From Candidatus Binataceae bacterium (lineage in GTDB: Bacteria > Desulfobacterota > Binatia > Binatales > Binataceae): a stretch of 64,000 nt of DNA. Numbering within the stretch: the stretch's first letter is position 1; every line of letters starts with the position of its first letter. Made by a program: the position numbers and the translations under genes. The DNA lies in NCBI GenBank assembly GCA_024281015.1, contig JAMXLL010000174.1:1318-65317 (forward strand), given 5' to 3'. A model generated the notes under the pieces. That model made no database searches, was not told the DNA's origin, and saw only the letters and a program-made list of their open reading frames with translations. Below are positions 9,639 to 20,206 of this stretch, in pieces.

Positions 9639-10298
9639 ATGGCTTTGCAAATTAATGACGTTGCCCCGGATTTCGAGGCAGATACCACCGAAGGGCGGAT
9701 CCGCTTCCATGAATGGATTGGCGATTCATGGTGCGTGCTGTTTTCCCATCCCAAAGACTTCACCCCGGTGTGCACCACTGAACTCGGCTATATGGCCAGG
9801 ATCAAACCCGAATTCGATAAGCGCAACACCAAGATTATCGGGCTCAGCATCGATCCCGTGGAGGACCACACTCGATGGGCAAACGACATCCGCGAGACTC
9901 AAGGCTATGCGCCGAATTATCCGGTCATTGGCGACCCCGACCTGAAAATCGCCAAACTGTACGGGATGCTCGCGGCCAGCGTTTCGGGCGACGCCTCCAA
10001 ACGCACGCCGGCCGATAATCAGACGGTGCGAAATATTTTTGTGATCGGGCCGGACAAGAAGATCAAGCTGATGATCGTTTACCCGATGACCACTGGACGC
10101 AACTTTGACGAGGTGCTGCGTGTCATAGACTCGTTGCAACTCACGACCAAGCATAAGGTCGCGACGCCCGCGAACTGGCAGCCCGGTCAGGAGGTGATCA
10201 TCGCGGGTTCGGTATCCGACGACGAGGCGCGCAAGATATATCCTCAGGGCTGGAAGGCACCTAAGCCATATCTGCGTCTCGTGCCGCAACCGAAATGA
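9639..10298 (+). CDS. 1-Cys peroxiredoxin (Prx6 type)
   Basis: FSHPKDFTPVCTTELG peroxidatic-Cys motif, 219 aa, RBS AAGGAG 8 nt upstream. Confidence 0.9.
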   Translation: MALQINDVAPDFEADTTEGRIRFHEWIGDSWCVLFSHPKDFTPVCTTELGYMARIKPEFDKRNTKIIGLSIDPVEDHTRWANDIRETQGYAPNYPVIGDPDLKIAKLYGMLAASVSGDASKRTPADNQTVRNIFVIGPDKKIKLMIVYPMTTGRNFDEVLRVIDSLQLTTKHKVATPANWQPGQEVIIAGSVSDDEARKIYPQGWKAPKPYLRLVPQPK

Positions 10299-10393
10299 GG
10301 CCAACTCGGCAGAATCGCTCGTGGGCGCTGTACGCGTGGGCTTTCAAACCCCGCGCCGTCTGAAATTTAGGCTTTGCCCACTGGGGGGCGCCG

Positions 10394-11431
10394 ATGCTTT
10401 TTCACGAACTCAACCGCGCCGGCTGTAAGACCTATCTCGCGGCATGCGAGCAGACTAACCGGGCTGCCCTGGTCGATCCGCTGAAGGACCGCGTCGACCG
10501 TTACCTCGCGGTCCTCGCGTATCATCGGCTTACTCTCGACTTGATCATCGATTCGCACACTCACGCCGATCATCGCACTGGGGTGTGGGACCTCCGCGAA
10601 CTGACCGGCGCGAAGGTAGTGATGCACCGGCGCGCCCCAGCTCCTCATATTGACATCCATATAGATGAGGGCTCGCAGCTTGAACTTGGAAGCCTCCATC
10701 TGCAGTTTCTGCATACGCCCGGTCACACTCCCGACAGCACCTGTATTCGCATTGATGACCGGCTCTTGACCGGCGATACGCTCTTGATTGGCGGTACAGG
10801 GCGGACCGACTTCCCGGGAGGGGATCCCGGCGCGCAGTACGATGCGATCACGAAGAAACTGTTCGCCTTGCCGGAATCGGTCCGGGTTTTCCCCGCCCAT
10901 GATTACCGTGGGAACATATGCTCAACTATCGGTGACGAGAAGCGGGCGAATGCGCGGGTCGCCGGCCGTTCGCGTGACGAATACATCACGTTAATGAACA
11001 ATCTCGGAATGCCCTTGCCGGCCAAGATCCAAGAAGCTTTGCAAGCAAACGAGTCTGCAATCGACGACGATTCGCTCAAGTTTCCCACCCTGGCGCAGCT
11101 CAGTGAGGTGCGGCAACTCGAACCCGGTGAAGTTGACAGCCGGCTGCATTCGGCGAACCCGCCGGTGCTGCTCGATGTTCGCGAGGCCGAGGAATTCAGC
11201 GGCGAGCTGGGGCATATTTCAGGAAGCATCCTGATGCCTCTACGCCATCTACCGCAACGGGCCAAGGAACTCGATAAGTTCCGCGACCGCGAGATTATTG
11301 CGATCTGCCGGGCCGGGGTCCGGAGCACGACTGCGGCAGCCATCCTTGGCGGACTCGGTTTCGAACACGTGTGTAATCTCAAGGGCGGAATGCTCGATTG
11401 GAGCGATGCGAAACTCCCCGTGGAGCGCTGA
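10394..11431 (+). CDS. MBL-fold (persulfide-dioxygenase/ETHE1-like) :: rhodanese fusion protein
   Basis: N-terminal HxHxDH (DSHTHADH) and TPGHTPDS. The C-terminal rhodanese domain has the active-site loop CRAGVRS. Confidence 0.8.
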   Translation: MLFHELNRAGCKTYLAACEQTNRAALVDPLKDRVDRYLAVLAYHRLTLDLIIDSHTHADHRTGVWDLRELTGAKVVMHRRAPAPHIDIHIDEGSQLELGSLHLQFLHTPGHTPDSTCIRIDDRLLTGDTLLIGGTGRTDFPGGDPGAQYDAITKKLFALPESVRVFPAHDYRGNICSTIGDEKRANARVAGRSRDEYITLMNNLGMPLPAKIQEALQANESAIDDDSLKFPTLAQLSEVRQLEPGEVDSRLHSANPPVLLDVREAEEFSGELGHISGSILMPLRHLPQRAKELDKFRDREIIAICRAGVRSTTAAAILGGLGFEHVCNLKGGMLDWSDAKLPVER

Positions 11432-11674
11432 CCTTCGCTTGAGATGCCCCCGGCTGCTTTCAGCTAACCGAATCAATTAAAACCGCGCGAGCGAGCTGCG
11501 TTCTTCTGCTCAGGCGGCTGCCAGCGGTTGCTCGTTCGAACCGTTCTGCCCCTGACGCTAAAATCGCCAAAAAAGCGCAACGCCCGCGACACTGCCACGT
11601 AACTAAATAAAGGGCTGCACCTATACGCGCGCGCGGGGTAGTCTTGTCAGAGCCCTGGATACTGGACTGCACTG

Positions 11675-12877
11675 GTGAAAAAAGGATTAGCAGCAATTTT
11701 GGCGCTCCTAGGCCTTGCTACAGGAGTCGCTGTTCTAGTCTTGCGCTCAGAACGAGCCGGTGGAGCCGTGTTCCGCTCATCGCTGGGCGCTGCTGGAGAC
11801 CGCCGCTCCAGCCCCGGCGGGCGGGCGCATCGCATGGCAGTACCGGTCCTTGCGATACAGGCGAAGTCGGGTGACCTGCCATATTACTTGTCGGCGATCG
11901 GCACGGTCACACCCATCGCTACCGTGACGGTCCAAAGTCGCGTCGCCGGACAAATAATGAATGTGAATTTTCATGAGGGGCAAATCGTCAGGCAAGGCCA
12001 ATTACTGGCCCAGATCGATCCACGTCCATACCAGGTACAGCTTGAACAAGCGCGGGGCCAACTCCTGCATGACACGGCAACGTTACGGAACGACACCGTC
12101 AATCTGGAGCGCGATCGCATTCTTTCCGAGCAAAACGTGATAGCCCGCCAGACCCTCGACACGCAGGAAGCCACGGTCCGTCAGGATAGAGGCACGCTGC
12201 TGGCCGATAAGGCGAACGTTGATAATGCGAAATTGCAACTCGTATACAGCCGAATTACTGCCCCCACCAGCGGCCGGATCGGACTGCGCCTGGTTGATCC
12301 AGGCAATATTGTCCAGGCCAATTCCACCCAGGGAATAGCGGTCATTACTCAACTTCAGCCGATAACAGTCGTTTTCAGCATCCCTGAAGATAATCTCGAG
12401 CTGGTACTCGCGGCGATGAGGGCAGGTGAAGTTCCCGCCGAAGCGTATGATCGAACCTTTCACAATCTGTTGGCGAGCGGCGCGCTGGTGACCATGGATA
12501 ACCAGATCGATATCAACACCGGCACCGTCAAGCTCAAAGCGGAGTTTTCCAACCAGGCGCAGACTCTGTTTCCGAACCAGTTCGTTAACGTGCGGATGCT
12601 TGCGCAAATGTTGCACGACCAGGTGTTGATACCGTCGGCCGCCGTTCAACGGAGTTCGTTGGGAACATTCGTGTTCGTGGTTAAACCCGACCAGACTGTT
12701 GAATTGCGCAGGGTGCAGGAGGGCCTTACAGAGGGCGATGTCGTTTCGGTGAAGTCCGGTCTCGCCGCAGGCGAGACGGTGGTTGCGCAAGGTGTAGACC
12801 GGCTCCAGCAGGGCAGCCTGGTCACTGTGCAGACCACGCCGGCCAAACCACCGCTGGCCGTGAATGCCGCGCAGTGA
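11675..12877 (+). CDS. mdtA: RND efflux periplasmic adaptor (membrane fusion protein), MdtA-like
   Basis: Signal/anchor MKKGLAAILALLGLATG, HlyD-type lipoyl and coiled-coil regions (RPYQVQLEQARGQL...), and position in front of two RND genes. Confidence 0.85.
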   Translation: MKKGLAAILALLGLATGVAVLVLRSERAGGAVFRSSLGAAGDRRSSPGGRAHRMAVPVLAIQAKSGDLPYYLSAIGTVTPIATVTVQSRVAGQIMNVNFHEGQIVRQGQLLAQIDPRPYQVQLEQARGQLLHDTATLRNDTVNLERDRILSEQNVIARQTLDTQEATVRQDRGTLLADKANVDNAKLQLVYSRITAPTSGRIGLRLVDPGNIVQANSTQGIAVITQLQPITVVFSIPEDNLELVLAAMRAGEVPAEAYDRTFHNLLASGALVTMDNQIDINTGTVKLKAEFSNQAQTLFPNQFVNVRMLAQMLHDQVLIPSAAVQRSSLGTFVFVVKPDQTVELRRVQEGLTEGDVVSVKSGLAAGETVVAQGVDRLQQGSLVTVQTTPAKPPLAVNAAQ

Positions 12878-12910
12878 GCTACCATTAATCAGTCGTTCAG
12901 CCGTTAGCTT

Positions 12911-15900
12911 GTGAACCCCTCGCGTATCTTCATCCTGCGCCCGGTAGCAACTTCGCTGCTCATGGGTGCGATCCTCCTGGCTGGAATCGTCGCTTATCGC
13001 CTGCTGCCGGTCTCCGCCCTGCCCGAGGTGGATTACCCGACCATCCAGGTGCTCACTTTCTACCCCGGAGCGAGCCCCGATGTGATGGCTTCCTCGGTGA
13101 CGGCTCCGATGGAGCGCCAGTTCGGGCAAGTACCAGGCCTCCAGCAGATGACCTCGAACAGCTCCTACGGCAGTTCCGTCATTGTTCTGCAGTTTGCCCT
13201 TAACCTGAACATTGATGTGGCCGAGCAGGAGGTACAGGCGGCTATTAATGCGGCGTCGACCTATCTTCCGGCCGATCTGCCGAACCCGCCGGTTTACAGC
13301 AAGACCAATCCGGCGGACGCGCCGATAATGTCGCTCGCGCTGACCTCCGATGTACTGCCGCTGGGGACAGTCGAGGATCTAGCCGATACCCGCCTGGCCC
13401 AAAAGATATCGCAGGTGGCAGGGGTCGGGCTGGTAAGCGTCGGCGGCGGGCAAAAGCCGGCCCTGAGGATTCAGGCAAATCCGACGGCACTGGCGGCGTA
13501 TGGAATGAGCCTCGACGATCTCCGTAACGCGATCGCTGCCAACAACGTGAACCAGGCAAAGGGCAGCTTCGACGGACCATCCCAGGCTTACACGATCGAT
13601 GACAACGACCAGCTTCTTTCCAGCAATGACTATCGCTCCCTGATCATTGCCTTCCACAACGGTGCGCCTGTGAAGCTGACCGACGTGGCACGGGTAGTCG
13701 ATGGTGCCGAGAACGAACAGGAATCGGCCTGGGTGAACAGGTCGCCAGCCGTAATTCTCGATATACGGCGTCAGCCGGGCGCCAACATAATCACCGTCGT
13801 CGACCGGATCAAAAACCTGCTTCCGCAATTGCAAAGCGCGTTGCCGGCATCGGTTCGGGTCGCGGTATTGACCGATCGCACGAGCACAATTCGCGCCTCC
13901 GTGAAGGACGTTCAGTTCGAACTAATGTTGACCGTGGCGCTGGTAGTGCTGGTGATTTTTCTGTTCCTGCGCAGCTTTTCGGCAACGCTGATACCCAGTG
14001 TAGCGGTGCCGCTTTCATTAATCGGAACGTTCGGGCTGATGTATCTGCTCGGCTACAGCCTCGACAATCTTTCTTTGATGGCGTTGACCATCTCGACCGG
14101 CTTCGTCGTCGATGATGCGATCGTCATGATCGAGAATATCAGCCGGTTTATTGAGGAGGGCGATCCACCACTCACGGCAGCATTAAAAGGCTCCCGGCAG
14201 ATTGGGTTCACTATCCTCTCACTAACGGTGTCGCTCATCGCCGTGCTGATTCCGCTGCTGTTTATGCGCGATATCGTCGGGCGGTTGTTTCGCGAATTCG
14301 CCATAACCCTCGCCACCACGATCATTATTTCCGCCTTTGTATCGCTGACATTGACCCCGATGATGTCGGCACGATTGCTCCGTTTTCAGCGGCCGGACGA
14401 GCAGGGCCGCTTCTATGCGGCCTCCGAACGGTTGTTCAATCGTATCATCGAGCGCTATGGCAGTTCGCTGCAATGGGTTCTGCGCCATCAGCCCGCTACC
14501 TTGGCGGTGGCTGGCGCCATGCTGGTGCTGACGATCGTGCTGTACGTGCTGGCACCGAAGGGTTTCTTTCCGGTGCAGGACACCGGCGTGATCCAGGCCA
14601 TCTCGGAGGCGCCGCAGAGTGTGTCATTTCCGGCGATGGTCGGGTTGCAACAGGCCGCAGCGGGGATCATTTTGCAGGATCCAGCCGTTGAGTCACTTTC
14701 GTCATTCGTTGGCGTTGACGGTACCAACGTGTCTCTCAACAGCGGCCGCTTCATCATTAATCTAAAGCCGCTGGCTGCGCGGAAAATCGGCGTGCAAGAC
14801 GTCATCAATCGTCTCCACGATCGCCTGACCGCGTTGGGCGGGATGGCGGTCTATCTGCAGCCCGTTCAGGATTTGACTGTTGAGGATCGGGTCAGCCGAA
14901 CCCAGTACCAGTACACGCTGGAAGACGCGAATAGCTCCGAGCTAAGCCATTGGGCCAGCAGAATGGTCAGTCAACTGAAGACACTTCCACAGCTGGCGAA
15001 CGTTGCTAGCGACCAGCAGAATGACGGGCTGCAAGCGCTGCTGGTCATCGACCGTTCGACCGCCTCACGACTCGGTATCACGCCGGCACAGATCGATAGC
15101 GCGCTCTATGATGCGTATGGGCAGCGGCAAATAAGCACGATGTTCACCCAGCTCAATCAGTATCACACAGTGCTGGAGGTCGATCCGCATTTCCAGATAA
15201 GCCCGGAGGATCTGGACGACATCTATCTCCCGTATAGTACTGGTTCTCCTGGGACGCCTGCCTCCGGAGCCGCTCCGGCCCCTGCCAACCCAAATTCCGC
15301 CAGCCCTACAGCGGCCACTCCTGGTGGAACTTCCACCAGCCGAGGTGAAGTTCCGCTGAGCGCCATTTCCCATCTGGAGCAGCGCACAGCCCCGTTGGTG
15401 GTGAGCCGCCAGGGTCAATTTCCGGTTGTGACGATTTCGTTCGATGTCGCACCAGGATATGCCCTCGGGGACGCAGTTCGGGCGATCGATCGGACGAGCG
15501 GGCAACTTCACTTACCCATGAGCATACAGGCAAGCTTTCAAGGAAGCGCCGCGGCTTTCGAGGCATCGTTGACGAACGAACCACTCCTGATTCTTGCGGC
15601 TCTGATTACCGTTTACATCGTGCTCGGCGTACTCTACGAAAGCTACATTCATCCAATCACGATCTTATCTACGCTGCCTTCGGCCGGAGTTGGCGCGCTT
15701 CTCGCCCTGCTGCTGTTTCAGGATCCCCTTAATGTCATCGCGCTTATCGGCATCATCCTGCTGATCGGCATCGTCAAGAAAAATGCAATCATGATGATCG
15801 ACTTTGCGCTGGATGCCGAGCGTGTCGAGGGCAAATCGGCCGAAGAGGCCATTTACCAGGCCTGCCTGCTGCGGTTTAGACCGATCATGATGACTACCAT

Positions 15901-16102
15901 GGCAGCCTTATTGGGTGCATTACCACTGGCGTTCGGCGGCGGAATGGGAGCCGAATTGCGCCAGCCCCTGGGAATCGCGATCGTCGGGGGTTTGCTGCTT
16001 AGCCAGGTGCTCACCCTTTATACGACTCCGGTTATCTTCCTCGCCTTCGAACGTTTGGCGGCACGGCTGACCATGCAGACGGCCAAGGGGCCTGTAACGT
16101 AA
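12911..16102 (+). CDS. mdtB: RND multidrug efflux permease, MdtB-like (carries a low-complexity insertion)
   Basis: 1063 aa, 12-TM RND layout, conserved DDAIVMIEN and [18 protein letters not shown] blocks. First of two tandem RND paralogues. Confidence 0.9.
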   Translation: MNPSRIFILRPVATSLLMGAILLAGIVAYRLLPVSALPEVDYPTIQVLTFYPGASPDVMASSVTAPMERQFGQVPGLQQMTSNSSYGSSVIVLQFALNLNIDVAEQEVQAAINAASTYLPADLPNPPVYSKTNPADAPIMSLALTSDVLPLGTVEDLADTRLAQKISQVAGVGLVSVGGGQKPALRIQANPTALAAYGMSLDDLRNAIAANNVNQAKGSFDGPSQAYTIDDNDQLLSSNDYRSLIIAFHNGAPVKLTDVARVVDGAENEQESAWVNRSPAVILDIRRQPGANIITVVDRIKNLLPQLQSALPASVRVAVLTDRTSTIRASVKDVQFELMLTVALVVLVIFLFLRSFSATLIPSVAVPLSLIGTFGLMYLLGYSLDNLSLMALTISTGFVVDDAIVMIENISRFIEEGDPPLTAALKGSRQIGFTILSLTVSLIAVLIPLLFMRDIVGRLFREFAITLATTIIISAFVSLTLTPMMSARLLRFQRPDEQGRFYAASERLFNRIIERYGSSLQWVLRHQPATLAVAGAMLVLTIVLYVLAPKGFFPVQDTGVIQAISEAPQSVSFPAMVGLQQAAAGIILQDPAVESLSSFVGVDGTNVSLNSGRFIINLKPLAARKIGVQDVINRLHDRLTALGGMAVYLQPVQDLTVEDRVSRTQYQYTLEDANSSELSHWASRMVSQLKTLPQLANVASDQQNDGLQALLVIDRSTASRLGITPAQIDSALYDAYGQRQISTMFTQLNQYHTVLEVDPHFQISPEDLDDIYLPYSTGSPGTPASGAAPAPANPNSASPTAATPGGTSTSRGEVPLSAISHLEQRTAPLVVSRQGQFPVVTISFDVAPGYALGDAVRAIDRTSGQLHLPMSIQASFQGSAAAFEASLTNEPLLILAALITVYIVLGVLYESYIHPITILSTLPSAGVGALLALLLFQDPLNVIALIGIILLIGIVKKNAIMMIDFALDAERVEGKSAEEAIYQACLLRFRPIMMTTMAALLGALPLAFGGGMGAELRQPLGIAIVGGLLLSQVLTLYTTPVIFLAFERLAARLTMQTAKGPVT

Positions 16103-16121
16103 TTTCCGTATTGGCCGCCGC

Positions 16122-19100
16122 ATGAGCTTTTCCGAGAGCTTTATCCGCAATTCGGTCGGCACTACTCTTTTGACCGCGGCCATCGCCTTGGCCGGGATCG
16201 TCGCGTTTCGCCTGTTGCCCGTCTCACCTTTGCCGCAAGTTGACTTCCCGACGATTCTAGTCACGGCCTCGTTGCCGGGTGCCAGCCCACAGGTAATGGC
16301 ATCTACGGTGGCGGCGCCGCTTGAACGTCAGCTCGGACATATTGCCGGGCTGACCGAGATGACTTCGTCAAGCGGACTAGGCACCACGAGTGTCACCTTG
16401 CAGTTCGATATCAACCGCAAAATCGATGCTGCGGCCCGGGATGTCCAGGCAGCGATCAATGCCGCGCGCGGCCAACTACCATCTAACCTGCCCAGCAACC
16501 CGTCTTATCGAAAAATAAATCCGGCCGATGCGCCGATCGCGATTTTCGCCCTTACCTCCGATACCGTCGATCGCGGCCAGATGTACGATGCCGCGTCGTC
16601 GATCCTCGCCCAGAAGCTGGCACAAATTCAGGGCGTCGGGCAGGTATACGTTGGTGGCGGAGCTTTGCCGGCGGTCAGAGTCGAACTAAACCCGATGCAA
16701 TTGCATGCCTATGGGATCAGCCTCGAACAAGTCCGCAGCACTCTCCAGGCAGCGAATGCCAATCGGCCTAAGGGACAATTTACGGGTCCCGATACAACGG
16801 TAGCGATCGGTGCGACCGACCAGTTGTTCAAAGCTGCCGAGTATCGGACACAGGTAGTGGGATTTCACGATGGCGCTCCCGTGCGCCTGGCAAATGTGGC
16901 CGAGATTCAGGATTTGGTCCAGGATGTGCGCAATGCGGGAATGGCTGACGGCAGGCCCGCAATTCTCCTGGTCGTCTCTCGCCAGCCAGGCGCCAATATC
17001 ATCGAGACGGTTGATCGGGTGCGCGCAGCGATGCCGCAATTGCAGGCCTCGATTTCGCCTGCTATCAAGCTCGCCCTGGTGTTGGATCAGACGGTCACGA
17101 TCCGCGCCTCCGTCCGCGACATCGAAATCACCTTGTTCATCTCGATCTTTCTCGTGGTCATGGTGGTGTACTTGTTCCTGCGTAATTTCCGGGCCACCGT
17201 GATACCGGGAATTACGGTTCCGCTATCGCTAATCGGTACGCTGGGCGTGATGTACCTGCTGGGCTACAGCCTCGACAATCTCTCGTTGATGGCGCTTACA
17301 ATTTGCACCGGCTTCGTGGTCGATGATGCGATTGTCGTGCTGGAGAATATCTCGCGCTACCTGGAGCAAGGCTATTCGCCAATCGAGGCTGCAATCCGCG
17401 GCGCACGCGGCATTGCATTTACGGTCGTGTCGATCAGCATCTCCCTGGTGGCCGTCTTCATCCCCATCATGTTGATGGGCGGAATCGTAGGACGATTATT
17501 TCGTGAATTTGGAGTGACCCTCGCGGTGGCGATACTCGTGTCGATGGTAGTTTCGCTCACGACCACGCCCATGATGTGCTCCAAACTGCTTGGACAACAC
17601 CCGCACGGCGATGCTCCACAGCATTTGGGTCCAGTCGGCCCCTCGCGCAACGCCTTATTTGAGCGGCTGCTCGGGGCTTATCAGTGCAGCTTGAGCTGGG
17701 TACTGCACCATCCGCGCATTACTCTCGCAGTTGCTCTCGGCACAGTGGCCCTGAGTATCTATCTGTTCATTGCCATTCCGAAAGGCTTCTTTCCTCAGCA
17801 GGATAACGGGCGCCTGATGGGTGCGCTGATCGCCGATCAGGATACTTCCTTCCAGGCAATGAACCGGTTGCTTACCGAGTACGTCAACGGCATCAGGACC
17901 GATGCCGCGGTCGAGCATGTAATCGGCTTCGCCGGCAGCAATGCGGGCGCGTCCAATACTGCGCGAATGTTCATCACGCTGAAGCCGCGCGCGCAGCGCA
18001 AGCTGAGCGCCGATCTCGTCATTTCCCGCTTGCGCAAAAAGCTCTCACGGATCCCCGGCGCGACGTTGTATCTCCAGGCATCGCAAGATGTTCGAGTGGG
18101 CGGACGGATGAGCAACGCCCAGTATCAATACACGCTGCAGAGCACGGACCTGGACGAACTGAATCATTGGGCACCGCGCCTCCTGCAGGCTCTGCTCCAC
18201 GTGCCGCAGCTGACGGAGGTCAGCAGTGATCAGCAGAATAGCGGTCCCGATGCCTATCTCGAGGTCGATCGTGCAACCGCGGCCCGCCTGGGTCTCACTC
18301 CCCAGCTCATCGACAACGCGCTGTACGATGCATTTGGACAGCGGCTGGTGTCCACAATGTATACGCCGCTCAACCAATACTACGTCGTGATGGAAGTGGC
18401 ACCGCAATTTTGGCAGAGCCCTGACATGCTCAAGTTGATTCACATCGCCAACCCCAATGGCCAAGAGGTGCCGCTAAGCGCCGTCACTCATTTCGAGCGA
18501 ACGACCACGCCTATCTCGATAAACCATCAAGGCCAATTCCCGGCGGTTACGATTTCGTTCAATCTCGCTCCCGGAGTTCCGCTGAGCGAGGCGGTCGGGA
18601 TGATTCAACAAGCCGAAGTGCGGCTCGGCATGCCACGCACTCTCCACGGCAGCTTCCAGGGGACAGCACGTGCTTTTCAGGCATCCTCGGCAAATGAAAC
18701 GACGCTGATTATCGCTGCGCTGGCCAGCGTTTATATCGTTCTCGGCATCCTCTACGAAAGCTACATCCATCCAATCACGATTCTTTCCACTCTGCCCTCG
18801 GCAGGCGTCGGGGCGCTATTAGCATTGATGCTGACGGGGACCGAACTGAGCGTTATAGCGCTGATCGGAATCGTGCTGTTGATCGGTATCGTCAAGAAGA
18901 ACGCCATCCTGATGATCGATTTTGCGCTGGAAGCCGAGCGTACCGAGCACAAGAATTCGTCCGACGCCATATATGAAGCCTGCCTGCTGCGCTTCAGACC
19001 AATCATGATGACCACGATGGCCGCGCTGCTCGGCGGCCTGCCGCTAGCAATTGGGTTGGGGATGGGCTCCGAACTGCGCCGTCCGCTGGGAATCGCCATC

Positions 19101-19244
19101 GTCGGGGGTCTCATCGCGAGCCAGGCGCTGACTCTTTACACAACGCCAGTAATTTATCTCTACCTGGATCGCATCCGGCTATGGAGTAAACGCGTGCGCG
19201 GCCAACTCAAAGTCGGGCTTCGTTCGCATGATGCGCCGGCGTGA
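16122..19244 (+). CDS. mdtC: RND multidrug efflux permease, MdtC-like
   Basis: 1040 aa. Same conserved blocks ([27 protein letters not shown]). Starts 19 nt after mdtB. Confidence 0.9.
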   Translation: MSFSESFIRNSVGTTLLTAAIALAGIVAFRLLPVSPLPQVDFPTILVTASLPGASPQVMASTVAAPLERQLGHIAGLTEMTSSSGLGTTSVTLQFDINRKIDAAARDVQAAINAARGQLPSNLPSNPSYRKINPADAPIAIFALTSDTVDRGQMYDAASSILAQKLAQIQGVGQVYVGGGALPAVRVELNPMQLHAYGISLEQVRSTLQAANANRPKGQFTGPDTTVAIGATDQLFKAAEYRTQVVGFHDGAPVRLANVAEIQDLVQDVRNAGMADGRPAILLVVSRQPGANIIETVDRVRAAMPQLQASISPAIKLALVLDQTVTIRASVRDIEITLFISIFLVVMVVYLFLRNFRATVIPGITVPLSLIGTLGVMYLLGYSLDNLSLMALTICTGFVVDDAIVVLENISRYLEQGYSPIEAAIRGARGIAFTVVSISISLVAVFIPIMLMGGIVGRLFREFGVTLAVAILVSMVVSLTTTPMMCSKLLGQHPHGDAPQHLGPVGPSRNALFERLLGAYQCSLSWVLHHPRITLAVALGTVALSIYLFIAIPKGFFPQQDNGRLMGALIADQDTSFQAMNRLLTEYVNGIRTDAAVEHVIGFAGSNAGASNTARMFITLKPRAQRKLSADLVISRLRKKLSRIPGATLYLQASQDVRVGGRMSNAQYQYTLQSTDLDELNHWAPRLLQALLHVPQLTEVSSDQQNSGPDAYLEVDRATAARLGLTPQLIDNALYDAFGQRLVSTMYTPLNQYYVVMEVAPQFWQSPDMLKLIHIANPNGQEVPLSAVTHFERTTTPISINHQGQFPAVTISFNLAPGVPLSEAVGMIQQAEVRLGMPRTLHGSFQGTARAFQASSANETTLIIAALASVYIVLGILYESYIHPITILSTLPSAGVGALLALMLTGTELSVIALIGIVLLIGIVKKNAILMIDFALEAERTEHKNSSDAIYEACLLRFRPIMMTTMAALLGGLPLAIGLGMGSELRRPLGIAIVGGLIASQALTLYTTPVIYLYLDRIRLWSKRVRGQLKVGLRSHDAPA

Positions 19245-19303
19245 GCTAACCCTATCCTCCTCATGTTTGAGCTCACATGCCTGCAGTGCAGCTTGAACAG
19301 CTG

Positions 19304-20032
19304 CTATATCGAGTCGAGGAAACGCACCGCCTCGATGGTCGCGCTCAGCGATGATATTTCTCCGGCGCGGCTCGTTATGGAGATACTCCCATCCATCTTC
19401 GGGTTGATCAGAACGGCCGCCATGCCCGCCGCTGAAGCACCGGCTAAGTCAAGGTGCTCGGAGTCGCCCACATGGAGCGCCTGGGCCGGCGCCAGCCGGT
19501 GGCGCTCCAGTGCAGCCTCGAATAGCTGGGCCGAAGGCTTGGCATACCCCACTTCAGACGAGATCGTTATCGAATCGAACCAACGCGCGAGGTCAAGACC
19601 GTCCAGGATACGATACAGGCGGTAATCAAAATTTGAGATCACGCCGAGTATACGGCTCTGCTCGCGCAGCGCTTTCAGCGTCGGAATTGCCTCGGGGTCG
19701 GCGATCCAATGTGCCGGCTCGGCAAAAAACTCAAATAATGCCTCGAAATAGCTGTCGAAATCGCTGAATTTACCTAGTTCGGAAAAGGTCTCTCTTACGA
19801 GCCCGCGCCACCATTCTCGCTCCAGCCAGCGCAGTTCCTCAGGCGTGCGGCCCCGGCCAAAAGCGAGCGGCGCTGCGGCTCGAAAAGCACGGCGAAACGC
19901 CGCGTCAACGGCTTGAGCACTGCTGGCGACGCCATACTCGCGCGCAATTGCTGCATACGTCTCGCCCACCGGTTCACGCGTTTCAAACAACGTGCCGGCC
20001 GCATCGAAGAATACCGCTTTTATAGGTGCCAT
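19304..20032 (-). CDS. HAD-superfamily hydrolase (subfamily IA-like)
   Basis: Motif I region VFFDAAGTLF, motif II GVISNFD, motif III/IV GYAKP...HVGDS. Confidence 0.75.
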   Translation of the reverse strand: MAPIKAVFFDAAGTLFETREPVGETYAAIAREYGVASSAQAVDAAFRRAFRAAAPLAFGRGRTPEELRWLEREWWRGLVRETFSELGKFSDFDSYFEALFEFFAEPAHWIADPEAIPTLKALREQSRILGVISNFDYRLYRILDGLDLARWFDSITISSEVGYAKPSAQLFEAALERHRLAPAQALHVGDSEHLDLAGASAAGMAAVLINPKMDGSISITSRAGEISSLSATIEAVRFLDSI

Positions 20033-20206
20033 TTCGATCAGCGCTAGCCTGATTCGTGCTTGTTGTGATTCGAAAAACCCGCCTCGGGTAGACCCCTCTT
20101 GGTGTCTAGTCTATAACGGGGTGATTCGGAAGAGATGATCCACCGACTGAGGGCATGTCCGCAGCGGTCAGATTCGATCCGGTAGGCGCCGGACTCTTCT
20201 CGCATA

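Noticed and set aside
15631-15700. Near-identical nucleotide stretch shared by the two RND genes (also at 18751-18820), considered as a dispersed repeat
   Set aside because: It encodes the invariant [18 protein letters not shown] block of paralogous proteins. The conservation is explained by protein-level constraint.
20033-20206. Possible riboswitch or leader upstream of the DHA2 MFS transporter
   Set aside because: I could not match the sequence to any conserved riboswitch core (for example guanidine/ykkC) or draw a convincing conserved fold.
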